A stretch of 64,000 nucleotides of DNA from Candidatus Poribacteria bacterium (GTDB lineage: Bacteria > Poribacteria > WGA-4E > PCPOR2b). A program made the translations under genes and the position numbers. This document shows, in pieces, positions 20,836 through 29,892 of the stretch (positions within the stretch are counted from its first letter, which is position 1; each line of letters starts with the position of its first letter). The DNA lies in assembly GCA_965218095.1 (NCBI GenBank), contig OZ244587.1, forward strand, positions 5,568,001-5,632,000. The letters run 5' to 3'. The notes under the pieces are model-generated. The model saw only the letters and a list, made by a program, of their open reading frames with translations, did no database searches and was not told where the DNA came from.

Positions 20836-21260
20836 GGATGAAGTCAGAAGTTGCAAAGAACGACATTCTTATGACATCTGAAGCACCACTCGGTCAGGTT
20901 TACTATTTAGCCGAAAAGAAGAAAATCTGTTTAAGTCAAAGACTGTTTTGTATCAGGGCTAATCCGAATATCATCAAACCTTCCGTTCTATTCTATATGA
21001 TTGGTTCACCTGCGATCCAGAATCAACTCCATGCAAGAGCTACAGGAACAACCGTGTTGGGTATCCGGCAAGCAGCCCTGCGAAAAATATCCGTGATAAT
21101 CCCACCTCTGCAATTACAGAGAAAAGCCGAATCGGTTTTGGGAACACTCATCACTACCAAAGAAACACTTGAAAAAAAGAACACCAACCTCCGCTAAACC
21201 CGCGACCTTCCACTCCCCAAACTCATCTCAGGGGAGATTGACGTATCCGACCTTCTCCTT
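20836..21260 (+). pseudogene. hsdS: Type I restriction-modification specificity subunit, 3' fragment
   Basis: DILMTSEAPLGQV...ATGTTVLGIRQAALRKI...NLR*TRDLPLPKLISGEIDV. In-frame TAA at 21195-21197; 5' end cut at the IS3 end. Confidence 0.85.
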
Positions 21261-21305
21261 CGCTAAAATCCAAGAGAAGAAACGCGCCTACCGGAACAGG
21301 AACGC

Positions 21306-22415
21306 TCAGAATTTCAGCCCCAAGCTAACCCGATGCGCCCGTTGCAGATGCCCAAAATCAGCGAAGGCATAATCGAGAGAAAGCGCCGTTGATGCAAAAT
21401 CCGTGTTTATTCCAAATCCGAGGGTAATCCCCTCTTCATCATCACTCCGTTCAGGCCCCAAGCGGAATTTATAACCCCCACGAATGGCCGCCATCTTTTT
21501 GTACCAGTACTCTAACCCCAAGTTTAGCCGTTCGCTGTTGTCAGTGGGATGGTTGCCATCAACTGCAACGGTGAGGAGGTTATCGCCAGTATTAAGCAAA
21601 TCGTAGGCGATGCCGAGGCGGAAATTGGACGGCAGAGGAAATTCTACAGTTTCTAATTCAGCCTTTCGCGTTGGATTCGTCGTATCTGGATAAGGACGAT
21701 AGTCGGCATTTCTTGGATCCCCGGCTTCTTCGGCGCCGGTCTCAAGGTCTGGACCGCTGAAACGCATTTCGGGTCCAAAGTTCGAGAAAGACATCCCAAT
21801 GCGTAAACTTCTCCAGCCTGTGTGGTATAAGGTCCCAACATCAATCGCCACTCCTGTGGCACTTTCCTGATGGATCTGCTGATGGATGTATTTGGCATTG
21901 ATACCGAAGGAGAGGTTGACCCCCGATTCTTTTTCGTAGAGCTGTCTGGAATACGCCACCGACACCGCCGCATCCCATGCCGAGAACCAGAGCCCCGTGC
22001 CATCCGGCTTCGCAAGGGTTGTGATTTCCATATCGGGGACGTTGAGGAATGTAACGCTTGCACCCAAGGTGCCCACCTTTTCTATCGGCGTGGCGAACGC
22101 AAGATAGTTATATCGGATATCGGCGAGCCATATCGTATGCGTGTCTGAAAAGCTAGTCTGTTTGAGCTGGCTTAACCCTGCCGGATTCCAGTAGATGCTG
22201 GTAACATCGTTGGCAAGCCCACCAAACGCACCTCCCAAACTGTCCACCCGCGCCCCGGGGCCAATTTTCAGAAACTGTGCACCGGCAGTCCCGACATTGG
22301 TGGTCGCATCGCTTGGAACTACCCATAAAAACATAACAGTAAATAAGAAAATAGAAATTGTCGGGGCGAATCGCCCCCTGTCCATTGCTAGATTCACAAA
22401 AATAGTATTGTGCAT
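21306..22415 (-). CDS. PorV/PorQ-like outer membrane beta-barrel (T9SS-associated family)
   Basis: GTAGAQFLKIGPGAR, SIYWNPAGL, NFGP, LPSNFRLG, DYAFADFGHL and C-terminal F. Confidence 0.85.
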   Translation of the reverse strand: MHNTIFVNLAMDRGRFAPTISIFLFTVMFLWVVPSDATTNVGTAGAQFLKIGPGARVDSLGGAFGGLANDVTSIYWNPAGLSQLKQTSFSDTHTIWLADIRYNYLAFATPIEKVGTLGASVTFLNVPDMEITTLAKPDGTGLWFSAWDAAVSVAYSRQLYEKESGVNLSFGINAKYIHQQIHQESATGVAIDVGTLYHTGWRSLRIGMSFSNFGPEMRFSGPDLETGAEEAGDPRNADYRPYPDTTNPTRKAELETVEFPLPSNFRLGIAYDLLNTGDNLLTVAVDGNHPTDNSERLNLGLEYWYKKMAAIRGGYKFRLGPERSDDEEGITLGFGINTDFASTALSLDYAFADFGHLQRAHRVSLGLKF

Positions 22416-22456
22416 GTGTTTATCCTCAAGAGTGCGCTTCCAAAGCGCGTCCCCCT

Positions 22457-25400
22457 TTATCGAATAATCGCAAACCGACTAATCTTATTTCCGATAACGG
22501 CATTGCTTTCATCGTGTGCTTCAACATGATAGATATAGACGCCACTGGCAAGTGCCTGATTGTAAAAATTAAGAAGGTCAAACGCTTCTGTGCCGCCCTT
22601 GTCGCCCTGTGCCAAACGCTCATCTGAGTTGAAGGGCGCGAAGCTTTCGTGTTCGATCTCCTGCACTAATTCACCCGCCAATGTATAAATCCGAATGGTA
22701 CACCGCGGCGGAAGGTGCGTGAAGAAGATCTTATCCGTTCCTTCAGCAGTCACAGCCCTGTTTGTGACGAAGTAAGGGTTCGGCACGACGCGGATTCGTT
22801 CTAGATCTGCTTTGATATCTTCAGCGGCGAGCGACTCGCCTTGTGTCGTCAGCAGGAACTCGTCGCCATCCCGCGGCGCACTGACACCCCCCATGTCAAC
22901 AGTGAATACATCCCCGGCGGAGATTTCGTGGTTGGGATCGTTTATGAAGACGTACCCACCCCGAATGTAAATCCCAAAAAAGTCCGGTGTGTCTTCCCGG
23001 CTATATGTATCACTCCAGCCGGCACCTAGGATTGCGTATCCCTCGGCCTGCTGGTCGTTGAATTGAATTTCTTCGCCTGTATCTTCGTCCACCACTTTGA
23101 CGTGCGTATCATCAACGAACGTGATCGAATACCTATGCGGGCGGTAATACGTTGCCCAGTTGATACTGGGCCAGGTGTTCTCTCCGGCACTGGGAGATTG
23201 GATGTCCACCGTCCACCCCGGAACGGAGCCTGCGCTCAGTTCGACGTTGTTGATTGGGTTTTCGGTTGGACTCCCGTAAGTCACATCAACCCCCGTTATC
23301 TTCAAGACGATTCCATCAAACATCGGGGAGAGCACCTCAACAGCCTCGCCGTGGCCAGGATCATACCACTCAAACGGTTGCTGCTCCACTACCGTTTGAT
23401 TTATTGTCATGTCAATAATCTCATAAGAGGGCGGTTGATAGCCGGGACCTGTGATATACGCACCGGGGCCTATCTGTTTCGCGCCCTGCCAGACGATTTT
23501 ATATTGGTGTCCCGTCACCTTGTTTGGCGCGATCACCATCGGTTCAACGGTGACAGTCCCCACCCCTTGGTCCTCTACGTCGACGGTCGCTTCTCGATAC
23601 CCGGCAGGCTGGGCGCGCGGAACGACATGGACCATCGTCTCAATCTGGCTGCTCTCCATCGCAATAAGCCCAGTTTTCGGGTTGCCTGTATCGAATGAGG
23701 TCACCGCATAGGTGTATTGAATCCCGTTCGTCAATCCTTCGTCAGTATAGAAATTCTTGATGCCTGCATCTTCACCAAGTGCCATTGAAGGCGTGGAAAC
23801 GATGCGGAAGATATCGCCAGCCACAGGCGGACCTGAGGGCCCGTCCGTAATTTCCACATACACCCCCCCAAAGTAGATTGGAGCACCGGAACGATAGACC
23901 CCGTCGGGATACGCTTCACCCGTATTAAAATCCTTCAGGACAGCATACCCGCCGCCGTCTGCTGGGAATTCGGGGTTATACGCTATAACTTCCCATAGCG
24001 TTGTATTAATCACCTCAAAGGTTGTGCTGGAATTGAATTTGATTGCGTAGACCGCGCTTTTGAAGAAGTCAGCGAAGTGAGGTTCATCGCCAAGGCCTGC
24101 AATGGTAGCGTCTGACTGTTTGCCGACATGCGCGACCGTAAAGAAATTACCGGTTGCGCTCGGTTTGTCAAACTCCACCAGCATCTCCCAATCTTCCACA
24201 GGTTTGCCGGTGGTTGGATCGTAGGAGGGATCTCGCCGGTAAACTCTATAGCCCTCAAAAATTTTCTCCGGGTCGGTGGGATCAGCATATTTTTCGATAC
24301 TTTTATTGATACCTCTATCAACCCAGAGCCCAGCACTTTTCCAGACGAGCGTCACCTGTCCATCGGCAGGATAAGCCGTTACCTGCGGAGACGGTGGCGG
24401 GGCAGGTGCAACGTAGGCATCATCATACAACTTCTGCGCCCAGTCTGCAGACGCTTGTAAACCGGCAAGTCCCTCACCGATAGCCACTGCTGTTACGAAG
24501 GTGAACTCCTGTCCGGGGGCGAGTGACGCTATGGGCCCGTAGGACTGGATAAAGCGTTGGTCATCGTAGTTTGCGGGCAGTGGGTCAACACCGGGGCCGC
24601 TGATTAAAGCGTACATCTCCGCATCAGTCGTTGGGTCGGTGGCTATCGTAATCCGTTTGTGCGCCGTAAAAGGAATTTTTGCCCCGATATCCTGTGGGTT
24701 ATTCCCCACATACGCATCCAATACTCGCAAACCGATGTACCCGGGTGCAGAAGCGTTGGAGAACCCGTAAGAGAGGTAGCGGTTCGGGTACGCATCGGGG
24801 TTGAGAGCGTCCGGCGTTTCATCTAACGCAATAAAATCATCAGCCGAGTAGCTTGCTGTGCCTGTCTCATTGCTGGAGACATCTATGTCATACCGGAACG
24901 CCATAAACAGGTCTTCGAGCATCTCACCGCCAACGTTTTTGACCTTGTATTCTAGAATAAAGAAATCGTAGAGCGGTGCATAACTCCATTGAAAGCCGTT
25001 GACCTCAAGTTCTAATCCAAGAATTAAGCCCTGATTCGCTTCAGGGTTCGTGTCGGCGCATTTGAACATGATAGCTTGGCTTGTCGGCGTTCCTTTTGTC
25101 GTGACACCGGGCTTGTTTGAAATCACCTCAGGCACATCGTCGGTGGGCCAAATTTCGCTTTGCCTGCCATCTGACGCGGAAACTCCAATCTCCCCGCCTT
25201 TTTTGGCACCGATCCAAATATCGCCTTCATAGATGTAAGAATCGTTTGTTCCTGCGGGCCACCACCCTGAAGGGTTTGCGGTCGGGTTGCTGGGGTAGCC
25301 GACGACTGCGGTGTTGTAGACAGCAGACGACAGATTGCCTACATCCAGTGCCTTCCAATCCACGGCAGCCATCACCGGTAGGATTGCTACGATTAACAGC

Positions 25401-25462
25401 CCAGATATGAGCAATGCTATTAGGGGCAGCGCTGCGCGTCTGCCCGGTTGCATGTGTTTCAT
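22457..25462 (-). CDS. Large secreted protein with FN3-like segments and T9SS-like C-terminal domain
   Basis: Signal peptide; GWWPAG..YIYEG; APPPSP; FEGYRVYR; YAVTSFD; C-terminal IRVVPNPY...IYTLAGELV...ASGVYIYHV. AGGAGG RBS before ATG 25462. Confidence 0.85.
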   Translation of the reverse strand: MKHMQPGRRAALPLIALLISGLLIVAILPVMAAVDWKALDVGNLSSAVYNTAVVGYPSNPTANPSGWWPAGTNDSYIYEGDIWIGAKKGGEIGVSASDGRQSEIWPTDDVPEVISNKPGVTTKGTPTSQAIMFKCADTNPEANQGLILGLELEVNGFQWSYAPLYDFFILEYKVKNVGGEMLEDLFMAFRYDIDVSSNETGTASYSADDFIALDETPDALNPDAYPNRYLSYGFSNASAPGYIGLRVLDAYVGNNPQDIGAKIPFTAHKRITIATDPTTDAEMYALISGPGVDPLPANYDDQRFIQSYGPIASLAPGQEFTFVTAVAIGEGLAGLQASADWAQKLYDDAYVAPAPPPSPQVTAYPADGQVTLVWKSAGLWVDRGINKSIEKYADPTDPEKIFEGYRVYRRDPSYDPTTGKPVEDWEMLVEFDKPSATGNFFTVAHVGKQSDATIAGLGDEPHFADFFKSAVYAIKFNSSTTFEVINTTLWEVIAYNPEFPADGGGYAVLKDFNTGEAYPDGVYRSGAPIYFGGVYVEITDGPSGPPVAGDIFRIVSTPSMALGEDAGIKNFYTDEGLTNGIQYTYAVTSFDTGNPKTGLIAMESSQIETMVHVVPRAQPAGYREATVDVEDQGVGTVTVEPMVIAPNKVTGHQYKIVWQGAKQIGPGAYITGPGYQPPSYEIIDMTINQTVVEQQPFEWYDPGHGEAVEVLSPMFDGIVLKITGVDVTYGSPTENPINNVELSAGSVPGWTVDIQSPSAGENTWPSINWATYYRPHRYSITFVDDTHVKVVDEDTGEEIQFNDQQAEGYAILGAGWSDTYSREDTPDFFGIYIRGGYVFINDPNHEISAGDVFTVDMGGVSAPRDGDEFLLTTQGESLAAEDIKADLERIRVVPNPYFVTNRAVTAEGTDKIFFTHLPPRCTIRIYTLAGELVQEIEHESFAPFNSDERLAQGDKGGTEAFDLLNFYNQALASGVYIYHVEAHDESNAVIGNKISRFAIIR

Positions 25463-25624
25463 TTTTCCTCCTAAAAGACGAGATAAGGGGTCCTCCCCTA
25501 CAGTAGGTGAATCAACTGATAACACACTTACGGAGTCGGACTTAGAGGGAGCATGTTGATAACCACTTCAACGAAGTATAAAAATCAGAGAGGCTCCGTC
25601 ATCAACCGAGACGGCGGATTGGTG

Positions 25625-25717
25625 TTAAGATTTTTTGGCGTGTTTTATGGCATGGCCTGTGACGATGCCTAGACCAGTGAGAAACACTACAACTACTACA
25701 ACTGCAACCCATTCCAT
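25625..25717 (-). CDS. 30-aa hydrophobic peptide MEWVAVVVVVVFLTGLGIVTGHAIKHAKKS (type I toxin-like; not in ORF track)
   Basis: GAAAGGAG RBS close upstream of the ATG; one TM segment plus basic tail; hairpins on both sides. Confidence 0.6.
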   Translation of the reverse strand: MEWVAVVVVVVFLTGLGIVTGHAIKHAKKS

Positions 25718-25779
25718 AGCTCTCCTTTCAAAATAGGTATGCGTTTCTGAAAGGATACCTATTTTCTGCCTTTTTTCAC

Positions 25780-26040
25780 CTAGTGATGAAGGATTGCCTC
25801 AATCGGATCTGGAGACAGAATGAGATAATGCTCTTCTTCATAAGCCTCCACCAGTGTAACAAGCACATCAAGTTTATCCCCCTCCGGCGAACCGTAGTTT
25901 GAACCCCAGAGTTTTTCTATATCCTTCAGCGCAGCTTCATAGTCTACTTCTGTTTTGATTGGTTTAATTTCCATAGTTATTACCTTAGACTGTAGCAACG
26001 TTAATTGTATCATAGACTTGGTGTGTTCCAACAAACCTGA
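25780..26040 (-). pseudogene. Truncated HigA-like antitoxin (25780-25974) preceded by a HigB C-terminal remnant
   Basis: MEIKPIKTEVDYEAAL...EGDKLDVLVTLVEAYEEEHY...PDPIEAI stops before the HTH. Upstream RFVGTHQVYDTINV* matches a HigB C-terminus. Confidence 0.75.
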
Positions 26041-26063
26041 TTTCTGTGTCGCTGCATGTCAGG

Positions 26064-27119
26064 CTACCTATGGTTCCACATCTGGACGCGGCGCATAAAT
26101 ACCGAGGGGTCTGCCGTCCATTCTGCATAGCCGATATTCCTGTTATCCGTCAGATAGTTCAACTTTTCATCAATGCAAGTAGCGAGTGCTGCGTCTTCCA
26201 CCGCTAGGGTAAACCCACCGAGTTCAAATTGTTCATCAAGGGCGGTGACAGCGAACATGCTATTGGAGGCCTGGGCGGTATCACGGTTTCCGACCTCTCC
26301 CCTTGCTATTGCGTCAATCCTCCCTGCGGCGAGAGCATCCAGAAGTTCCGATTCCCCAACCTCATCCCCAAGATAAATGACTTGCGGCATATTTTCCGAA
26401 GGTGGATAGAGATGACTCCGCCCAGCCAAATTCGGGGTGGTACTGGCGGCGGTAATTATGTACGCCGCAGTGCCATCGGCAACGACGGTGCCTAGCGTTG
26501 TCTCAACGCGCGTCCCCTCGGCGAGGACACCGTTGACATCAACGAGCCCCGTCAGTTCCAGCAAGCGTGCTTCTCCGGTCGTAGCGGAAAGCACACCAAC
26601 GCGCACATCGCTAGTCAGATCCGCATGAGTAGCGAAGCGTTCTACATCTGTGGCGCGTACCAAAAGCGACTGGCGAAACTTGATATGTCCCGACGTAAAA
26701 TTGACAACTTTGTTGCCGGTCGTATCTCGGGTCCGAGCGTCGAGAATCGTGATGCCGCCGCCGACAAGATCGTATTCCGGCTCGGCGGACTTGAGCCAGA
26801 TGTCCGGCCAGACCGCGATAGGGTGGCGGACAAAGGATAATCCTGCGCCTTGCATCGCCTCGAGTGCTGTCAACAGGTCCGCTTCATAGCCGAGATGCGT
26901 GTTGAAAGCCTCGGAAGTAGGGTCTTCGTCGGCACTGTAACTCACAGGTGAAAAATATGCGTAAAAACCGACATTGAGGGCTCGAGTGCCATCTGTGCAG
27001 GCTTGCGACAGCATAGCGGGTTGAAGAATTTGCTGAAGTTGTTCGCAGGCAGAAAGCCCCGCAACTAGAATGGCAATCGCTAATACAGATGCGAGCGTTG
27101 TGATTTTTTTAATGTTCAT
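26064..27119 (-). CDS. Substrate-binding (PBP2/amino-acid-type) lipoprotein
   Basis: Lipobox LSAC; GYEADLL; DLVGGGIT; no ABC permease adjacent. Confidence 0.75.
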   Translation of the reverse strand: MNIKKITTLASVLAIAILVAGLSACEQLQQILQPAMLSQACTDGTRALNVGFYAYFSPVSYSADEDPTSEAFNTHLGYEADLLTALEAMQGAGLSFVRHPIAVWPDIWLKSAEPEYDLVGGGITILDARTRDTTGNKVVNFTSGHIKFRQSLLVRATDVERFATHADLTSDVRVGVLSATTGEARLLELTGLVDVNGVLAEGTRVETTLGTVVADGTAAYIITAASTTPNLAGRSHLYPPSENMPQVIYLGDEVGESELLDALAAGRIDAIARGEVGNRDTAQASNSMFAVTALDEQFELGGFTLAVEDAALATCIDEKLNYLTDNRNIGYAEWTADPSVFMRRVQMWNHR

Positions 27120-27188
27120 CTCGGCAATGTTCCGACTGATGGTTGGGGTTGGTAGGGTCTTGTTCTCTTTTTCTACTCTTCAAAGGCA

Positions 27189-29136
27189 CTATGTATCAGA
27201 TTCGTTAATCTTATTGTAGATATCAGTACCCATGGAAACCAATTTCTCACGGATTTCGGGCCAATCGTCCCGGTCATTTTTGCCTTTGTTAAGGACCGGG
27301 AATTTAACTTTCGTATACTGGGACGTGTCTGTATTTTTGTAATTGTAATCTGGTTTTGAAAATAACTCCATGACCTCGTCTCTACGTTCTGTAGAATTTG
27401 CCTCGTAGAAGTACAATTCAATATAGCATTTCCGCTTAGTAAGCACCAGATATACTTCTATATCATCACGTATAGTCTTACCTAGCCAACCTCCCTTATA
27501 GACAAATACAGATTTTCTGGCAAATAGTTCACCTAGTTTACCTTGGATGATCGGTTCCCAGAATTCGTTGTATTCAAGGTCGGTTTGCCTCTCGGTTTGA
27601 ATATCTATTGCGGGCCGAACTACCTGATGAAAGGATAGCTCTTTGTGTACATTGGCTTGTGCTTGAATTAGATGAGGGGTGTGCATAAATATAGTTGACA
27701 TAATCAAGCCAAAAGGGTTTCCTATTGTTATCATAGCAAAAGGAGCCCCAATATGGTACAAAGACCAATGTTGGCTGATTATGTCACTCTTATTATGCAA
27801 CTCTTTGAGCAGTTTATGCAACACCGTATTGACAAACCAGGTGTCACACACGCAAAACCATTGACATATTCAACCACCTCGTTTATCATTTTCTTCATGT
27901 TGATGCAGTTTCACGGCATCTATGGCTTCAAAACGCAATGGCGGTGGCTAATCAATCACCCAGAAGTGTTACAAATGCTGGGGTGGCAACAGCCCCCTCA
28001 TCGAACCACGATTGCACGTCGCTATAAGGCATTATATGAAGTGATAGAGGCATTTGTATTGTTTATCGGTCAGTATGCCACTGACTTGTCCCAACAATTC
28101 AACTTGGCTCATCTGGTAGCCGACAAAAGTTTATTTAAGGCACGAGGACCCGTCTGGCATCAAACTGACCGCAAAGCAGGAAAAGCACCTAAACATCTAC
28201 GCAACCTCGACACCGATGCCACGTGGAGCAAGAGTGGTTATCATGGCTGGGTCTATGGCTACGGACTTCACATTATCTGCACACAAGGTGCGTTCCCAAC
28301 ACTGATAACTGTGCACCGTGCGTCGGTCTCCGAAAGTTGGGCGATAGATGCTAAAGCGTCTGAGATTCTGACACAACTTTCACCGCAGACACTCACTGCC
28401 GATGATGCCTATACCCAAGCAGACCGTATCCGTCGTTGGGCGAAGGCACAAGTCGCTTTGATTACCCCGGCACTTAGATGGACAAAGGGACGGTTTGCCA
28501 AGGCGTATCATCGATTTATCAACCAACCCAAGCAGCGTCTCTGTTTAAGCAAACGTCGCAGTTCGGTTGAACCGTTGTTTGACTTGATTGCTAAAGTGAT
28601 AGGCACCACTCCTCAACAGAAGCAGTTACCGGTCAAGGGGTTTTTCAATGTACGCTGTTGTTTAGCTATCGGGGTGTTATCAGTGCAAGTGGCTATGATT
28701 GCCAATGCCATATGGAAGTTACCTGCTCGCAATATCTCTCATATGGCGGCTGTTTTCCAATGAACTACTATGCACACCCCTCAATTAGATACCAACCAAT
28801 TTCGCTGTCTTCATTGCGTAGATTACACGTGGTGATCATAAGGTCCTCAAAATCTTCAGCGACCAGCACAGCCACTGTGGCTTCCTTCAACCGTGCGTAG
28901 GCTTCAAGCCTGCCCCAGTGATCCCAATTCGCTGTGCCAAACTGATTTTCGACCACGAGTACGCCATCCTCTCCGACAGCGATAATATCCGCCTTACGCC
29001 TACCGACATTGGATTCCGTTTCTGGGTCTTCAAACTTACCGACGTTAAGTGCATTGAGCGTATCGGCGAGATCTGCCGAGAAATCTTCTTCCCGTTTATA
29101 GATGGATGAGAGTGAGATTGATTTTTGAAGTTTCAT
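27189..29136 (-). pseudogene. DUF4268-type nuclease-like protein interrupted by an IS
   Basis: EEDFSADLA...ADI...VVENQFGTANWDHWG (PD-(D/E)xK-like). Removing 27674-28782 and one TSD copy restores ...GWYLIQAQAN... through to a DUF4268-like C-terminus (RDDWPEI). Confidence 0.8.
27674..28782 (+). mobile_element. Intact DDE insertion sequence (IS982/IS4-like, DDE_Tnp_1-type transposase at 27753-28763)
   Basis: Perfect 14-bp IR GAGGGGTGTGCATA / TATGCACACCCCTC. 8-bp TSD AATTAGAT at 27666-27673 and 28783-28790. D..D..E motifs (ADKS, ADDAY, RSSVEPLF). Confidence 0.93.
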
Positions 29137-29233
29137 TTGACTCTCCTGTACAACGCCCAAGCTTAGTTATCCGATGAATTGGACGAGCAGGGCAGGAGTT
29201 TCCAAAACAGGGTTGACACACCAAAACCTGTTA

Positions 29234-29467
29234 TCAATCGCAATGGCGGGCTAGGTGCATTGCGTCGTCCATGCCTTTCAATACGAATCGTAAAGCTTCA
29301 TTAACAGCTTCTTCGTTGGGGAAAGCGGCGACAACATCCGGCGCAAGCTGGACAATGTTTGTACTGGCAGCATATTGCTGTGCATATTTCCCACGAGTCC
29401 CATTTTTCAGCAATGTTTCGTCGTATTCGGGACGCAATTCGTCATTAGGTGCGGTTATGTCAGCCAT
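29234..29467 (-). CDS. BrnA-like antitoxin
   Basis: DELRPEYD...RGKY...VQLAPDVVAAFPNEEAVNEALR; overlaps the brnT-like stop. Confidence 0.75.
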   Translation of the reverse strand: MADITAPNDELRPEYDETLLKNGTRGKYAQQYAASTNIVQLAPDVVAAFPNEEAVNEALRFVLKGMDDAMHLARHCD

Positions 29468-29625
29468 TTTCGTATATTTTCCTTTCTTGACGTGTGACTT
29501 CGCGGGCACTGATAATTCGGATTCGTTGTCCGCGATCTGTGTGGGAGATAATGAGCAACCGTCTTTGTGTTGACTCACCAATCGTGATGTATCGGGATTC
29601 ATCATTTGAATAATCCGGATCGGGA
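29460..29625 (-). pseudogene. brnT: BrnT (DUF497) toxin, 5'-truncated
   Basis: PDPDYSNDESRYITIGES...RLLIISHTDRGQRIRIISAR...ERKIYE. Confidence 0.8.
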
Positions 29626-29732
29626 AGCTTCAGTCTGTAGCGCACTCTCTTGCGCCAAGCCAACAAAGGGCATGCTGAAGCTCAACACTGTCATCAAAAA
29701 AATAAAACATGAAACATTGAATTTATTTTCAC
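29626..29732 (-). pseudogene. Truncated, frameshifted signal-peptide stub (MKINSMFHVLF/LMTVLSFSMPFVGLAQ)
   Basis: AGGAG RBS plus GTG start; frameshift in a T7 run; fused onto the brnT remnant; paralogous to the stub at 35483-35575. Confidence 0.55.
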
Positions 29733-29892
29733 TGTATCTCTCCTGTTCAGATTTACGACCAGCGAATAGCTCTTTGGTCTCTCGTGTGTGAAAGATGTGC
29801 CTCTGATAAACGAAAGTCCACCTTGGGTAATTACCTGTTGTAGACCCACAAAGGCGAGCCCTGCGGCACCGCCCATGCAGCGTTTTTTCCAA

